Assembly: GCF_036321535.1 (NCBI RefSeq)
Contig: NC_087437.1
Coordinates: forward strand, 17,362,001 to 17,426,000
Length of the DNA stretch: 64,000 nt
Reading direction: 5' to 3'
Origin: Camelus dromedarius
Taxonomy: Eukaryota
Position 1 is the stretch's first letter. Every line of letters starts with the position of its first letter. Shown here piece after piece: positions 29,632 to 42,405 of the stretch. The translations under genes were made by a program, and so were the position numbers. The notes under the pieces were generated by a model. It did no database searches. It saw only the letters and a list, made by a program, of their open reading frames with translations, and had not been told where the DNA came from.

Positions 29632-29843
29632 ATATACTTGATTATGATCTTGTTAATGTTGAGTTATTAATAAGTACACTGCCATTTAATGTTCACCTAT
29701 CAAAGTTTTTGTGTTGTATAACTGACAGAATGCTATATATGATTAATATATGCAGATGTAGAAAAGCTTATTCTAATCTAATATATTAAAAAACAAATGT
29801 TAAATTATGTGAAATATCATGAACTTGGTATCTTCATGTTAAT

Positions 29844-29849
29844 AATAAA
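29844..29849 (+). terminator. SLC35G2: Candidate polyadenylation signal of SLC35G2
   Basis: AATAAA about 210 nt after the stop codon, followed by GT-rich sequence. An ATTAAA also occurs at 29785-29790. Confidence 0.55.
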
Positions 29850-32384
29850 AGGTAATTGTGGTAGAGAATGTTAACTTCAATAACTAAAGAACATAAGACT
29901 TGAAGAAATCACCCCTTTCAGATGGAACATTTATGGTCCTAAGGTTCAAAAATTAGAAAAATGTTCATGCTCAATGTTCTATAAATGTTCAACAAAGATC
30001 CTTCAATATTCAAAAATCTATTAGGTGAAATGCTGAATACCGAGCTATGTTTTGTCATCTATTTGCGTTAGAAAACAAGAGGTGATTGGGCTGGGTGAGG
30101 GAGCTTGAGTTGAGATAAGAAAGAGGGAACAAAGAAAAGGAGTGGTTTTTCAATGACAGTGGTGGTTTGTCCTCTTAGAACAGAAAATTGGAAATGTGGC
30201 CCATGCTATGGCCACATTAGGCAAAGCGTAGGATATGGAGATAGGGGGAAGACTGGATTATTGCTAGTTCTACTTAGTCTATGCCATTTTGTGCCTGATA
30301 GTGGGGACCTAATGCTGGGGAGGGTCTACCTTAGTTATGCAGATCTCCAAATCTGCCCTTGTTTATGATTTTGTAGCAAGTACAAGTGTGAGCTGCAGTA
30401 AAGGTACTCCTTAGCCCTGAAAAAGACACTAACAATAATCATAGTATAACAGAAAACTGATACAACACGTTGTCCTGAGATTCTTTTCAAAAGAACCTAA
30501 TAGTGTAAAAGCATATAAAGTAGCATTAATTTGGGTCTAATTTCGGACATTTTTACTGATTTAGCACAAGCAAATGTTGATATGGTACTGGCTATTAAAC
30601 AATTTTTTTTGAGCTATCTTAACTTCAAATTCACCCATCTATACTTTCCTCTGTGATCCTATGGCTCAGACCCTGCAAACTACATTTTTTTTCCTATGCC
30701 AGATGGCGTCTCACTAGAGTCCACCAATAAAGGGCATTAGAGGGAGACCGGAAGACAGGAGAAGTGGGAAAAAGACATCCTCCTTTCTGTTTGCTTGCAG
30801 TTTTTGTCATTGTTACCTCAAGAATAACTAGCAGCCCTGTGCCCCAGAAACAGCAATTGATCTCAGCCTTGAGCTTCTTTTGTCACTCCTCCACCCCCCA
30901 CTCAGCCGCATCATATCCCTCTCAGTAGTAGTGAGACCAGCTGGACAGCATCCTCCCAGGGGTACGAGCTACAGGCAGCTAGGGTCATTCCTCTGAGCTC
31001 CTGAGACCTGATGGTTCAACCTTGATTTCTCTTTTTTACTACTCCTAGGGTACAGTTATCACATTGGGCTACTTCAGTGTTCCCTTTTTGCTTTTCCAGT
31101 TCATCAATACCCAATACTAAATTCTCTGTTGTAATCATTTCTCTTCTCTTGACTAATATGCCTTCAAGTATTCTCCCAAGGAACTCACAGTCATTTGAAG
31201 GATGTCTGTGCTTTTGGGAAAATATTAACATTCAGACTTTTCAGGAATCACTGGTTCTCAATAGAAATTATCCAAATTGAACCACAGAAAGAAAAAAATT
31301 AAAAAAAAAAAAGAACAGAGCCTGGGGTAACCTGTACTAAGGACTAAGAAGTCTAGCATAAGTGTAAGTGTAGTCACAGAAGAGAGAGAGAATGGGGCAG
31401 AAAAAAGTATGTGAAGAACATTGGCCAAAAGTTTTCTAAATTTGATTAAAGGAAACAACAACAACTGGCAATCCACAGATCCAGGGAAACAAATGAACCT
31501 CCAGCAGCATAAATGCAAAGAAAACCACACCTAGAAGCATAGTGCAACTGCTGATAAACAAAGATAAAGAAACAAAATCTTAAAAGCAGTCAGAGGAAAA
31601 GACATATGCTAAGAATTACAGCTGGCTTCTCATCAGAAACACTGGCAGCCAGAAAACAACAGAATGACAGTTTAAAGTGCTAAAAGAAAACCCTGTGATG
31701 GCTTCTCATTGCCTATAGAATAAAGTCTATGGTCCTTAACTTGCATAACCCACTCTTGCATACATTTTTAGTCATCTTCTGCTCTAGCAATATTCTACAA
31801 TTGTGTAATATTCTTTTTTAATGCAGGTTCCTCTATGTGGAAAGCCCTTTTCTTTTTTGCCTACTTAACTGCCTACTAGCCTGACCACACACCTCCCCTC
31901 CCACTGTGGCCTAATGTCCCCCTGTACATATCTATTGCTGTATTTACTATATAAATAATAAGTATGTGTTTAAATCTCATTCTCTGACATTAGGTGGAGC
32001 TCCTTCAAGTTTAAGACTGATCTTTAGATCTCTGGGACCTATTGTAGTGCCCTCCATAGAGTGGACTAATAAAGTTTTGTTGAATTAATTCCCATAAAAG
32101 CCTAACAATATTCAATCCAGAAATTAAATTTAGTTACAAGGGCCCACTAATTTCTATACTTCACAGTCAAGCCTGTGATTAGTTACTTCTTGCTGATTAG
32201 TATGTAGGGTTTTTGGTCTTAAATAATCCTGCCTTACAGTGATTACAGATCATTCTCTCTAATCATTTCTAACTATAAGCCATCAATAGTTTCCCGAGAA
32301 AGGTCTTGAGACATGGAGGCTCATTTTTCCTTTCCTTTTCTTCCCAAATTCTTTCCTTTGGGATGAATCAAGTGAGCTGCTTAC

Positions 32385-32545
32385 ATGTTTTTATCCTAGA
32401 TAGATTAGCTACCCATATCTGAGGCCCCATTTCCAGCCCATAGGTCATAATTTTTGACCTAAATGTTCGTGCCTGATTCTGGCTAGTCTCTAGTCTACTC
32501 CAAACTAATTGACAGGGTTGATTTCCATTTTTGGTTTGAGTTCCG
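32385..32545 (-). other. Well-defined antisense exon (161 bp)
   Basis: Minus strand reads ctgcttcttcctctcttttAG|cggaac...aaaaacat|GTAAGC. Confidence 0.65.
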
Positions 32546-33321
32546 CTAAAAGAGAGGAAGAAGCAGAGCGCATGTTTATATTTGGAAGTTGGGGAGACAG
32601 AGCATGTGACAGGTCTCTGGGACAACTCCCACCCCTTAGGAACATGGACTCCATTCTTTCTTAGTATACCATACTGCACTTTCATACATAACTTTCTGCC
32701 TATCTGTCCTTCCACCCAGTGCTTTCCTCTCTCATTGCTGTTTCCTTATTTTTCTTCAATTATTTCTCTTTTTCTTGTATCTTTTCAGTTTCTTTTTTTT
32801 TTTTAAAAGAGTTTCTGGTAAGAACAGGTGATGAGGGAACTTAAAGGAAAATAAAAAGGAAAACACATGTTTACAGGGAACTAAAATCCTTTTATGAAAA
32901 AGCTCTCTTCCTTACTTCTTCTATTGCATAAATAGGTTGCACAGAGTAGTCAAGAGCTCTGGGTCAAAATCTCGTGAAGGGTCTGTTCAGATCATTGGCC
33001 CATTCAAAATACATATTCCCTTAAAATCTAAACTCATAACTTCAGCGTATTTTTCTGAGTTTATTTTTCTCACTTAAGGCAGTGATATAAGCTACCTGAC
33101 AGCAAGGATTATTTCACCTGTTATATTTGTATTCACACCCCCAACCCCATATGTTATATATGTAACTAGAATTGAATTGAGCCAGGTGTAGCTAACAGTT
33201 TACTGTGCGACTTTGGAGAAACAGTTTCAAACTCTGGACAATGATTTCTCCTGCTTCAAAAATGAACATAATAATATATCAATCTATAAACTTTATATGA
33301 CATATCAACAAATAATACTAT

Positions 33322-33688
33322 TGTATTAGTCAGCTTGGGCTGCTATAACAAAATGCCAAAACGGGTGGCTTAAACAGCAGAAATTTAATTTCTCACCCTT
33401 CTGGAGGCTGGAAGTCCCACATCCGGGTGCCAGCATTGTTAGTTTCTGGTGAGAGCTCTCTTCCTGGCTTGCACATCGCTGCCTTCTCACCGTGTCTTCT
33501 CACTGTGAAGATAGAGAGCAACTCTCTGCTGTCTTTTCTTATAAGGACACTAGTCCTATCGGATTAGGACCCCACTCTTTATCACCTTAATTACCTCCTA
33601 AAGGCCCTATCTCCAAATACATTCACATTGGGGGTTAGGACGTCAACATATGAATTTTGGTAGGGAACACAATTCAGTCCATAGCAGC
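33322..33688. mobile_element. MaLR (MLT1A/MST-type) solo LTR
   Basis: tgtattagtcagcttgggctgctataacaaaa...acacaattcagtccatagca. Confidence 0.8.
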
Positions 33689-34719
33689 CATGATAAAACA
33701 TGCAAAGGTATTTAGATCCTTAGAATAAATTCAAAATTCACTTACACTATTCACTTCAGATGCTAACTATGGGATATAGTCACAAGAGTAGCTGCGGCCC
33801 AGAGTTTCACGGTCTACTTGCCCTAGCCAACTTGAGGCCGGGAAGGGACCATAGGTGATTTCACAAGGCAAGCAAATCACATACATCTATCAGGACTCAA
33901 ATGAGTAATTTTGAAGTTAAATAGAGAAAAGTGTAAACTCTTGGGACTTAGAGTCAGGGCCAGGACTAAAAAGGGGAATGGAAGATGCATTAATGCCTTA
34001 AACAATAATTGCTCATGCTTTATCATATGCTGGGCACTAGGGAGAAACTGAATCCGGATTTAACTGAGTTTACAATCTACATAGGGATATGGACAGACTC
34101 TTTCAACAGCTTGGATGGGGAAAATACCTGTGCAGCGTGAAGGGTGCCTCATCCAACAGGCTTCCCTGAGGCGGCAAGGCCTAAGCAGAGCCACAGAGGT
34201 CTGGGAAGGAATGAGGCAGGGGACGGGGTTGGGGGTGGTGCTGGTGGTGGTGGTGCAGCGCCTGTGTGGGTAGAACCAACTTCCTGATGGCAGGTGGCAG
34301 GGCAGACCTGACACCCAAGGTCACTGTCCTCCTCACAGCAAGGCTACCGCAGCCAAAACGGGAAGCTACCCACGCACTAGGGCACTTCGAAGGCCCTCAG
34401 ACTCAGCTCATTTTGGTTTGCGGCTCAAATTAAGCATACGCCTCACATTTTTCTCTCAGGCCCCATTTCCAGGCCTTTTGTTTTGTTTTGTTTTCCTTTT
34501 CGATCCCCGCCCCCAAGAGCCTTCTGCTGGCAAGACTATCTTCAGGTGCAGAAATCAGAAGGAAGCTTCCAAAGCAGTTGGGGCTGAACTGGGGAAACAG
34601 TCATTTTGGCTGTGGAGTCTCTTCTGTGGCGCAGAGGAGAAAGGCCCAAAGTAATCAGCCAGAGCAGCCAGGGAGACAAAAGCGACAAGTCTCAGTTCAG
34701 CCCAGGAGCTCCTCACTCT

Positions 34720-35700
34720 CTCGCTTTCCCTTCGCGAAGCGGCCTCAGCTCGCTTCACAGCCACCACAGCGCTTGATTGACAGACGCGCCTGCCCAATCC
34801 TCGCGCGGAGCAGATCCCCCCGCGTCAGGGATAGGAAGGAAGGGGGCGACTGAGCCTATCAGATTGGGCAAGGAGGGGGCTTCCTGCCCGCGCGGATCCG
34901 CCTACGGCCTCGCGGCCAGTCGGCGCAGCAGCCCCGCCCGCCCGCCCGCCGCGCGCGCCCCGCCCCTCTCCTGAGAGCTACGCGGCGGCTGAGCGGAGGC
35001 CTCGTGCCGTAACGGCCATCGCGGCGGCCGCGGCGGCGTCCCGGTTCCCTCCTCAGGTGAGCTGGGGCCGCCCGGGCTTGGCACAAGGGAGGTGAGGCGG
35101 TCCTGCAGGCAGGCAGACGCATACAGCCTTTCCTTGCCTGGAGAGTCCACACAGCTTGTTACTTGACGCGGCGCTTCCTCTTCCCCGGCGAAGTTAGCCT
35201 TGGGGGCGCCGTCTGCCGGCCCGGAGCTGAGCCGGAGGGGGCGGGGAGGCCGCTCGGCCTGGCCTGGGCGTTTGTCCCGCGGCTCCGCGCGCCCCTCCGG
35301 CCACTGACCCGGGCGGCGCGGCCTTGCGGCATCCCTGTCCGTCCCCGGAGCGTCGGGGCGCAGTGAGCGCCGGGGCCGGCCCCCCCGGGAGGCTGGGAGG
35401 TCGAGTGTGTAGCGCACACCCTTCCCGTTTTTTTTTCTCCCCAAAAGTCGTTGTGGCGTTGTGGCGTAATCTGAGGCTGGGAAGGTAGGAACGTGGTAGA
35501 GGAGGGAAAGGGGCTTGCTCACCTCCAGCCCAAGAGGAGGGGGAGGGAGCAGTTCCCTGTGCGGTGGGTGGACGTGCTCGGGATGCGCCTCACGCCCCTC
35601 CCCCACCCCACCACCAGCCGTTTCCCCCCTCCTTGGGAAATCTGGGTTATTTTAATCTTATGGATGTGGATCCTTGCGCGAGTTGCTCGGGCTGTGAGCT
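34720..35700. promoter_or_regulatory. NCK1: CpG island, bidirectional promoter of NCK1 and its divergent transcript
   Basis: Very GC- and CpG-rich. GC boxes at about 34931-34966. Oppositely oriented CCAAT boxes at 34794-34798 and 34863-34867. No TATA box. Confidence 0.9.
34970..35056 (+). other. NCK1: NCK1 non-coding exon 1 (start approximate), donor GTGAGC at 35057
   Basis: gcggaggcctcgtgccgtaacggccatcgcggcggccg...ccctcctcag|gtgagc resembles the NCK1 5'UTR as recalled, and synteny with SLC35G2 agrees. No NCK1 coding exon was recognised in the window. Confidence 0.75.
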
Positions 35701-37131
35701 TTTGACTTGAGTTGTAATATATCCGATTTAAAAGAAATGTATCTCCATGGTTGGTTTTGTAACCTTTCTTATGTGTGTCCATAGAAGTTAAATTTGCCGT
35801 TAGACGCTTAGGAAGCTGGCTTTTGTGCAGGGCTGAGAACCCTAACATTATAGACGCTCAGTTAACGCCGAACTAATGAATTAGTCACTTAAAAATAATT
35901 CTACCCGTTAGATTTGGTAAGAAACCATGGGAGTTAGGAAAGAATGAAGTTAAGGAGAAGTCACTAATCCCGTCTTGGATGGTGAGCAAAGAAGCTCAGT
36001 CAGTGTTCGGCCAAAATAGGTAAGTGTTGCAAGAGGTATTCATTTTTAAAAATCTTACTTTGTGGTAGATTTACGAAAGACCAGCCATACAATTTATTAG
36101 ACACCTGGAAAGCACTGTACCTGAAGTCTCAATCTTCAACGAGTTCGCAGAATAAATGAAATGATCCAAGAAGGTTTTGTTTGTTTAGTAATTGTTAATG
36201 ATGTTTAGTTCTTAAGTAGGCATCCTATTCACACACAGTTCGATAGAAACTCAAGAAATATACATTGGTTGATAGTTTTATTTCATCTTAATCACAAACT
36301 TCGGAATTTTCTTCTTTGGAAAATTGAGACCTGTAAACACTGCGGAATGTTCAAGATTTCTCAGCTGTGCTTGTTGATGTATTTAATTTTAAATTGTTTG
36401 CTTTACTTTTCTAAGCATTATCTTTAGTCCATATTTTACCAGTGCTTTCAGGTCCAGGTAAATAAAACTTGAGGCATACATCAAACATTTTGTTAGATAC
36501 TGAGTGATGACTTTATGCCACTGGATTTATTTTTCTTTTGGATCTTTGAGAACTTTCCTGCCAAAGCTTAAGGTAGATTTGATGTGGTTATTGTTATAAA
36601 TCACTTGTCAGGAAAACTTAATTTAGGAGATACAGATGCAGTCTCTTTTTTTCTCTTACAGTTTAATAATTTTTACAATTGACTTACCTTTATAATGTGG
36701 AAAAATACCAAATGTTATCTACCTACATCAGAAGACTAAATGAGTATTTAATTGTTAAGTTGATAAGTAGAGTTGGAGGAAACTTTTGAAATCACTAAGC
36801 ATTTAACAAATTTTCCATAAATACTTTGCTGTGCTGTTTTTGGGAGACAACTGACAGGACCAAAAATGACATTTAAAGATTATTTAATAAGGCAACAATT
36901 CTATCTGGATGGTCTTCATTTTATTTGAAAGGTAGACTTGATAGTCTTCCCTTCAAAACTGATTCCATATGCTGACTTTGTTTGGGTGGTATTGTCATGT
37001 TTTACATTACCCAGACATAAACCTTGGGTTTATCTTTGACTTTCTGTATCCACATAAGTTAACATTGACCAATTTTTGTCGGCCGTTTTCTGAAATTTCT
37101 TTCAGAAATCTGTTCCTTCCCACTGGCTTTT

Positions 37132-37291
37132 TTTTTTTTTTTGCAGGGGGTGGGGGGATTTGCTTGTTTTAATTAATTAATTAATTAATTAATTAATTAA
37201 TTAATTAATTAATGGAGGTGCTGGGGATTCAACCCAGCACCTCCTGCATGCTAAGCATGCACTCTACCACTTGAGCTATACCCTCCTCCCA
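37132..37291 (-). mobile_element. tRNA-derived SINE with internal (TTAA)n
   Basis: Same family as 55861. 13-bp TSD cccactggctttt at 37119-37131 and 37292-37304. Confidence 0.88.
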
Positions 37292-40200
37292 CCCACTGGC
37301 TTTTAACTGGGTTTTCTGCCAGTCTTTTCTCCCTACTCAGTATGCCCTGCCTTCTGCCTTATTCTTAAAATAATGCTTTGAACATATCCCTCACTGTTAA
37401 ACCAGCATTTATTTATTTATACTCTGTTATTTACATTGGTTTTGTTCATCTGTTATTTTGTTCATGTGTTATTTACAGAGTATAGTTCAGAATTCCCAGC
37501 CTTCTAACAATCTGCTCAAAACCTATTTTTTCTAATGACACTCTGCAGGAGCTGTCCACCCTAACCAAATCAATCACTTCTCATTGAGACTTTGTATTTT
37601 TCTATCTTCATATTTGTTGAGACTTTACTGCCTGTACATAGCGTGCCTGTTCTTTAAAAGGAATTTTCCTCCTTAAATTAAGCAGCAGATAAAGTCGAAT
37701 TTTGTTGAAGTTTCATTTTTGGTTCTCTAGGGCAGCCTTCCAGATCTTTCTGTACCCTGTGTTGTTGCTTTCCTTTGAATCTGTAGCTCTTACTGTTTTA
37801 TCATTCCTTTGGTTTTTTATCTTATGTGGGCTTGTCTCATAATACTATGGAACAGTGTTGTGGGAATATTGGAACCCAGCATTCTGTTTAATAGATAAAG
37901 AAAATGTAATCCATCCAGACTAACTTAGTTAAATTCACTCACTAGTGATGATAGCAGACCTGAGATTCAAATCTTGATTTCTGACTTGACTTCTAACTCA
38001 AGTTCTGTGTATTCTTTAAAAAAAAAAAAAATTTCAATATATTCTTTATGAAACTATACTTCTTTTCATTTCTTGCAATGTCATTTTGTGTTGTTTGCTT
38101 CACATTACTTTGCATTTTGTGTATTAACGCCTTCTCATGTAGATTCAAAACTTCTGTATAAGATCAGAGGAACCTTCGTGCCTTGCATTGTTTGAGTCAT
38201 TGAAACAATGATTTAAAGTCTACGTAAAGTCTTTTTCTAACTAGAATGTATTAACAAAAATAATATCGTGTCTACAGTTGAATCCTATGACCCACTAAAA
38301 AGTGAGTGAATCTCTTACAAGTTTTACTGCTAGAGTTTAGTTTGGAGTTTAGTTTTGATGAAGAAACTGAATCGTTGGAAGCCTTTAAAGTAGATGTGAA
38401 CAGTGTATTACTTATCACATAACTAAGTTTATTCATATAACTAAATGTTTTTTCTCTTTTTGGTAGAACAGTACACTTTTACATTTTGCAATTTTGTCAT
38501 TTTGTTCATCTGTCAAGAACCAGATTGTTGAGCAGTCTGCTTATTGAGCAAAACATTCTGAAAACCATTTGTTCCATTTGGGGAATTAGAGAGCTTTTAT
38601 ATATTTATTCTTCATGTTTTTTCCCCTCTTAACTCTAAAGTTTCTCTTAATACCAGCAGCGTAGGGTTTCCTTGGTATTTTTCTTACATTTATATAACAA
38701 GAGTTGAATGGTGTAACAAAGGTAGCGTAGAAAACTATCAGGTGAAATATTTCTGGAGGGTATGCTTTACTTTTTTGGTCTGAAACAGATTAGAAGCTAC
38801 TTTTAAAAGCTTGTGTTTATTTATAATGGCTTATTTTTGTTTAAATAAATTACCTGCTAAAATAAACTGTTGAAACACAGATGCTCTTATTCTTTATTCC
38901 TTAAATTGTACTTAAGAAGTACTGAATTGGCTAAGTATGATATGAATGATTTCTGCTTTTGTTCAAACAGACCAATTGAATAAAGCAGTGAGAATATGGC
39001 TTGGGGAAATCTTTTTTAAAAATGGATACATCTAAAAAGCTTTTTTTTTAAATTAAGGAATCAGCCTTCCAGAACTTTTAGTAGATGCTTTGAAATCATG
39101 TTGCATTTAGATCAATTGAAATAATATAAACAAAATTTAATATTACTTGTACTTTTTGAGTATTCTAACTATATTATAAAAATGTTTTATTAATTAAATA
39201 AGGCATTGGAAAATTTTTTGAAAATAATCACTTCCAGATACTATATGTTTTTTAAATAACATTTTTATTTTTAGAAGCATTTAGAATGCTTCCTGTACAA
39301 CCTTTCCCTTCCAGAATTCTGCTGCCCTAGAAAGTCAGTTACTTTAATTTTTCTATTTTTTTTTCACGTTTCTTTTCCCTGTTCTTAAAAAGACCTATAA
39401 AGCCTTCCGTGATTTGGTTTTACCAACTTCTAGCTGCATCTCTTGCCATTTTCTTTTTCTTTTAGGCTACTTTTTGGTCCTTGAATAGCCAAGCTCTTTT
39501 TTTGCCTTGGAGCCTGTGAACATGCTCTTCTCTGTGGCAGATGGCTTCCTTGGGTTACTAAGTATTAAGTTTGGCTGCTAGTAACAGACACCAAATAATA
39601 TATTCTCTCCCGCACCAGAGAAATCCAGAATTTGCATGGCACTCATTTAAGTGTTATTTCCAGTTTTTTTCATATTGTAAATAACTTTGAAATAAAGATC
39701 TTTGTGTATAAGGCCTTAGAAAATTTTCCTTTTCATTAGTTTCTGTTGTGGGATCCAATTGAAAATCCCATTAATTTCTTTAAAACCTTGTTTTGAGAAA
39801 GTATTCATTAATTTTTTTTTAACTGAAAAGTGCCCAAATTTCAAAGTGTACCTCAATGAATTTTTACATTTGTAGACATCATATCACCTATCACCCAGAT
39901 CAGGTGTAGAATGTTCCCAGTGCTCCAGAAGGCTCTCTCATGCCTCCTCGCAATCTGTATCTCCTGCCCTGCAAAGTAATCACTATTTTGACCTGCATCA
40001 CCATAGGTTGTTTTGATCTGTTCTTAATATAAGTGGAACCATACAGTATATACTCTTCTGTGGATGGCTACTATTACTTAACATTGAACATAATGTTCTA
40101 TGTAAGATTCATCTGTGATATTGGGTGCAGCAGTAGTTGGTCTTTTTTACTGATGATGGTATTTTGTTGGATGAAATATAACTTTAAAAAATCAGCATTA

Positions 40201-40869
40201 ATGAATATTTGATTTATTTCCAGTTTTTTAGCTGTTGTGAATAAAGCAGCTATGAACATTTACTTACAAGTCTTTTAGTGCACAGACACCCTCATTTCTT
40301 TTGAGTGTGTGTGTGTGTGTGTGTGTGTGTTGTGTAGAATTCCTGTTTTTGTCTATTAGTTTTTGAACCTGATTGAACCAGTTCTCCTGCTGGTCCATAG
40401 TAGTTTCTTGGGATTTCTCCCTTTACTGTAAAACTAGTGACTCCCTTTGCCTTTAATCTCTTATTTCCTGTGAATCATTTAATTCTTTTTTATTGATTTG
40501 GCCTCTATCCCACAGTAGATTCCTGTGAAAGTTTGAGATCTTGCATTAATAAAAACTTAAAAAAAAATTTTTTTTTTCACTGATTTGGTTGGTTGTGAAT
40601 GAGTTCCAGGTTGAAAATAACTTCACATCTGAATTCTGAAGGCATCTTTCTATTATTTTCTAACTTGTAATCCTTTCAAGAATTCTGGAGACATTCTGAT
40701 TCCTGATTGTAATGTTTTTGCCCTTCTGGAATTTTGTACATTTCATTAGCTTGTGACTTGGCATACATCTATTTTTGTGTGTTTCCCTTGATAGTATTTG
40801 TTGTGTCCTCCAAATCTGCAAAATTATGTTCATTAGTTCTGGGAAATTTTCTTGAATTTTTTCATTGAT

Positions 40870-41235
40870 GATTAGATTAATCTGCTAGGGCTGCTATTAA
40901 AAATACCACAGACTGTGTGGTTTAAATAGCAGATACTAATTTTCTCCCAGTTTTGGAGGCTAGAAGTCCAAGATCAAGGTGCCATCAGGATTGGTTTCTG
41001 ATGAATTCTCTTCTTGGCTTGTAGACAGCCACCTTTTTACTTACAAGGCTTTCTGTGGAAAGAGCTGTATCTTTCCTCCTCTTAGGAGGATACCAGTCCT
41101 GTTGAATTAGGGCCCCACCATTATTACCTCATTTAACCATAATTATCTCCTAAAGGCCATATCTCCGGATACAGTCACATTGGGGGGTAGGGCTTCAGCA
41201 TGTGAAATTTGAGGGGACATAGTTCAGTCCATAAC
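40870..41235. mobile_element. MaLR (MLT1A-type) solo LTR
   Basis: Same family as 33322-33688, ending ggggacatagttcagtccataac. Confidence 0.75.
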
Positions 41236-42259
41236 GGTGGTTTCCTCTCCTCCCCTTTGTTTCTCTGAAACTTCTGTTATTTGTTTGGCTCTCTTAGACT
41301 AGTCCTCTAATACTACCTTTTCTCTCTTACTTTTCACCTCCTAGTCTGTTTTGCTCTATTTTAAAAGAGGTTTCCTTAACTTTATTTTCTAAGCTTTCTG
41401 GTTGAATTTTTCATTTTTACTGTCAAGATTTTGATTTCCCAAGAGTTCTTTTTGTTCTCTTAAAAATTCTCTATTATAGAGAACATCTTGTTATTGTGTC
41501 AGTGAAGCACCGTCTTCTCTAATTTCTGAGGCTGTAAATTACTTTTTTTAAAATCTTTTTTCTTTTTTTAGATTCTGTTCCTTCTAAATTGATCTCTAAC
41601 TTTTGTTAGAGGCTTACTTCATGTGTCAGTACTCCTTGGATGTTATCTAGTGAGTGAAAGTCTGAATTGATGGGGACTTAAAAGACTTTGAACTTCTTTG
41701 TGTGGTGGTCCAAGTGAACCATTTTTTTGAGAAAACCCTGATTAATGTCCAGGAGGTGATTTCCTCTTGGGTCAGGTTCATGAAGGAAAACTATCTGCTT
41801 GAGGGCTGAAGGTTTGGCCACCAGTTTTTTGTTTGTTGGTTGGTTGGTTGGTTTTTTTGGTGATGAACTGGATTTCTCATTCCTCCACTTTTGGTAGGGT
41901 ATGTAGATTGTTAATTATATCTAGTGGCTCCTAGTTCAGAGTGAAATAGCCAGCCAGTCAGTAATATTTGGGACGGAAATGTCTGAGGAAGTAACTCCTT
42001 CCTAGCTTTCACTCCTCCTCGCAGTTTCAGCAGTACCAGGTGCTGCCAGTTCCTGAATCTTTTGAGGATTGTGAGGTATAAATGGGGTTTTTCAGCTCAT
42101 GGAATTCATTGAGTTAGTTACCAGTTGTCCACCTGTCTTTTAGCTTCTGTAAGTTTGTTGCTGTTGTTTGCTTTCCTGTATGTTTTGCTTTCTGTGTTAA
42201 TTCCTTTTTAAAGAAACTTTATGAAATTCACTATTTTAATTGGTACTCCTCAGAAACCC

Positions 42260-42405
42260 TATTTGTACTGCCCTCAGCTAAGAATGTTTTTACGTTTTTA
42301 AAGATTGTTAAAAAAAAAAAGAATAATATGTGACAGACTGAGTGTGGACCATAAAGACTAAAATATTTACAATCTGGCCCTTTAAAGGAAAGGTTTGCCT
42401 ACCTT
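42260..42405. mobile_element. hAT-Charlie MER58-like DNA transposon relic
   Basis: ctaaaatatttacaatctggccctttaaaggaaaggtttgcctaccttg terminal motif. Confidence 0.6.

Noticed and set aside
34418..35848. Many overlapping ORFs of 65-234 aa on both strands
   Set aside because: Arg/Pro/Gly/Ala-rich products expected from stop-poor CpG-island DNA, with no recognisable domain.
37169..37212. Self-complementary (TTAA)n tract, and similarly (TGCA)n at about 7828-7862
   Set aside because: Ordinary microsatellites derived from (TTTA)n tracts, with no sign of function.
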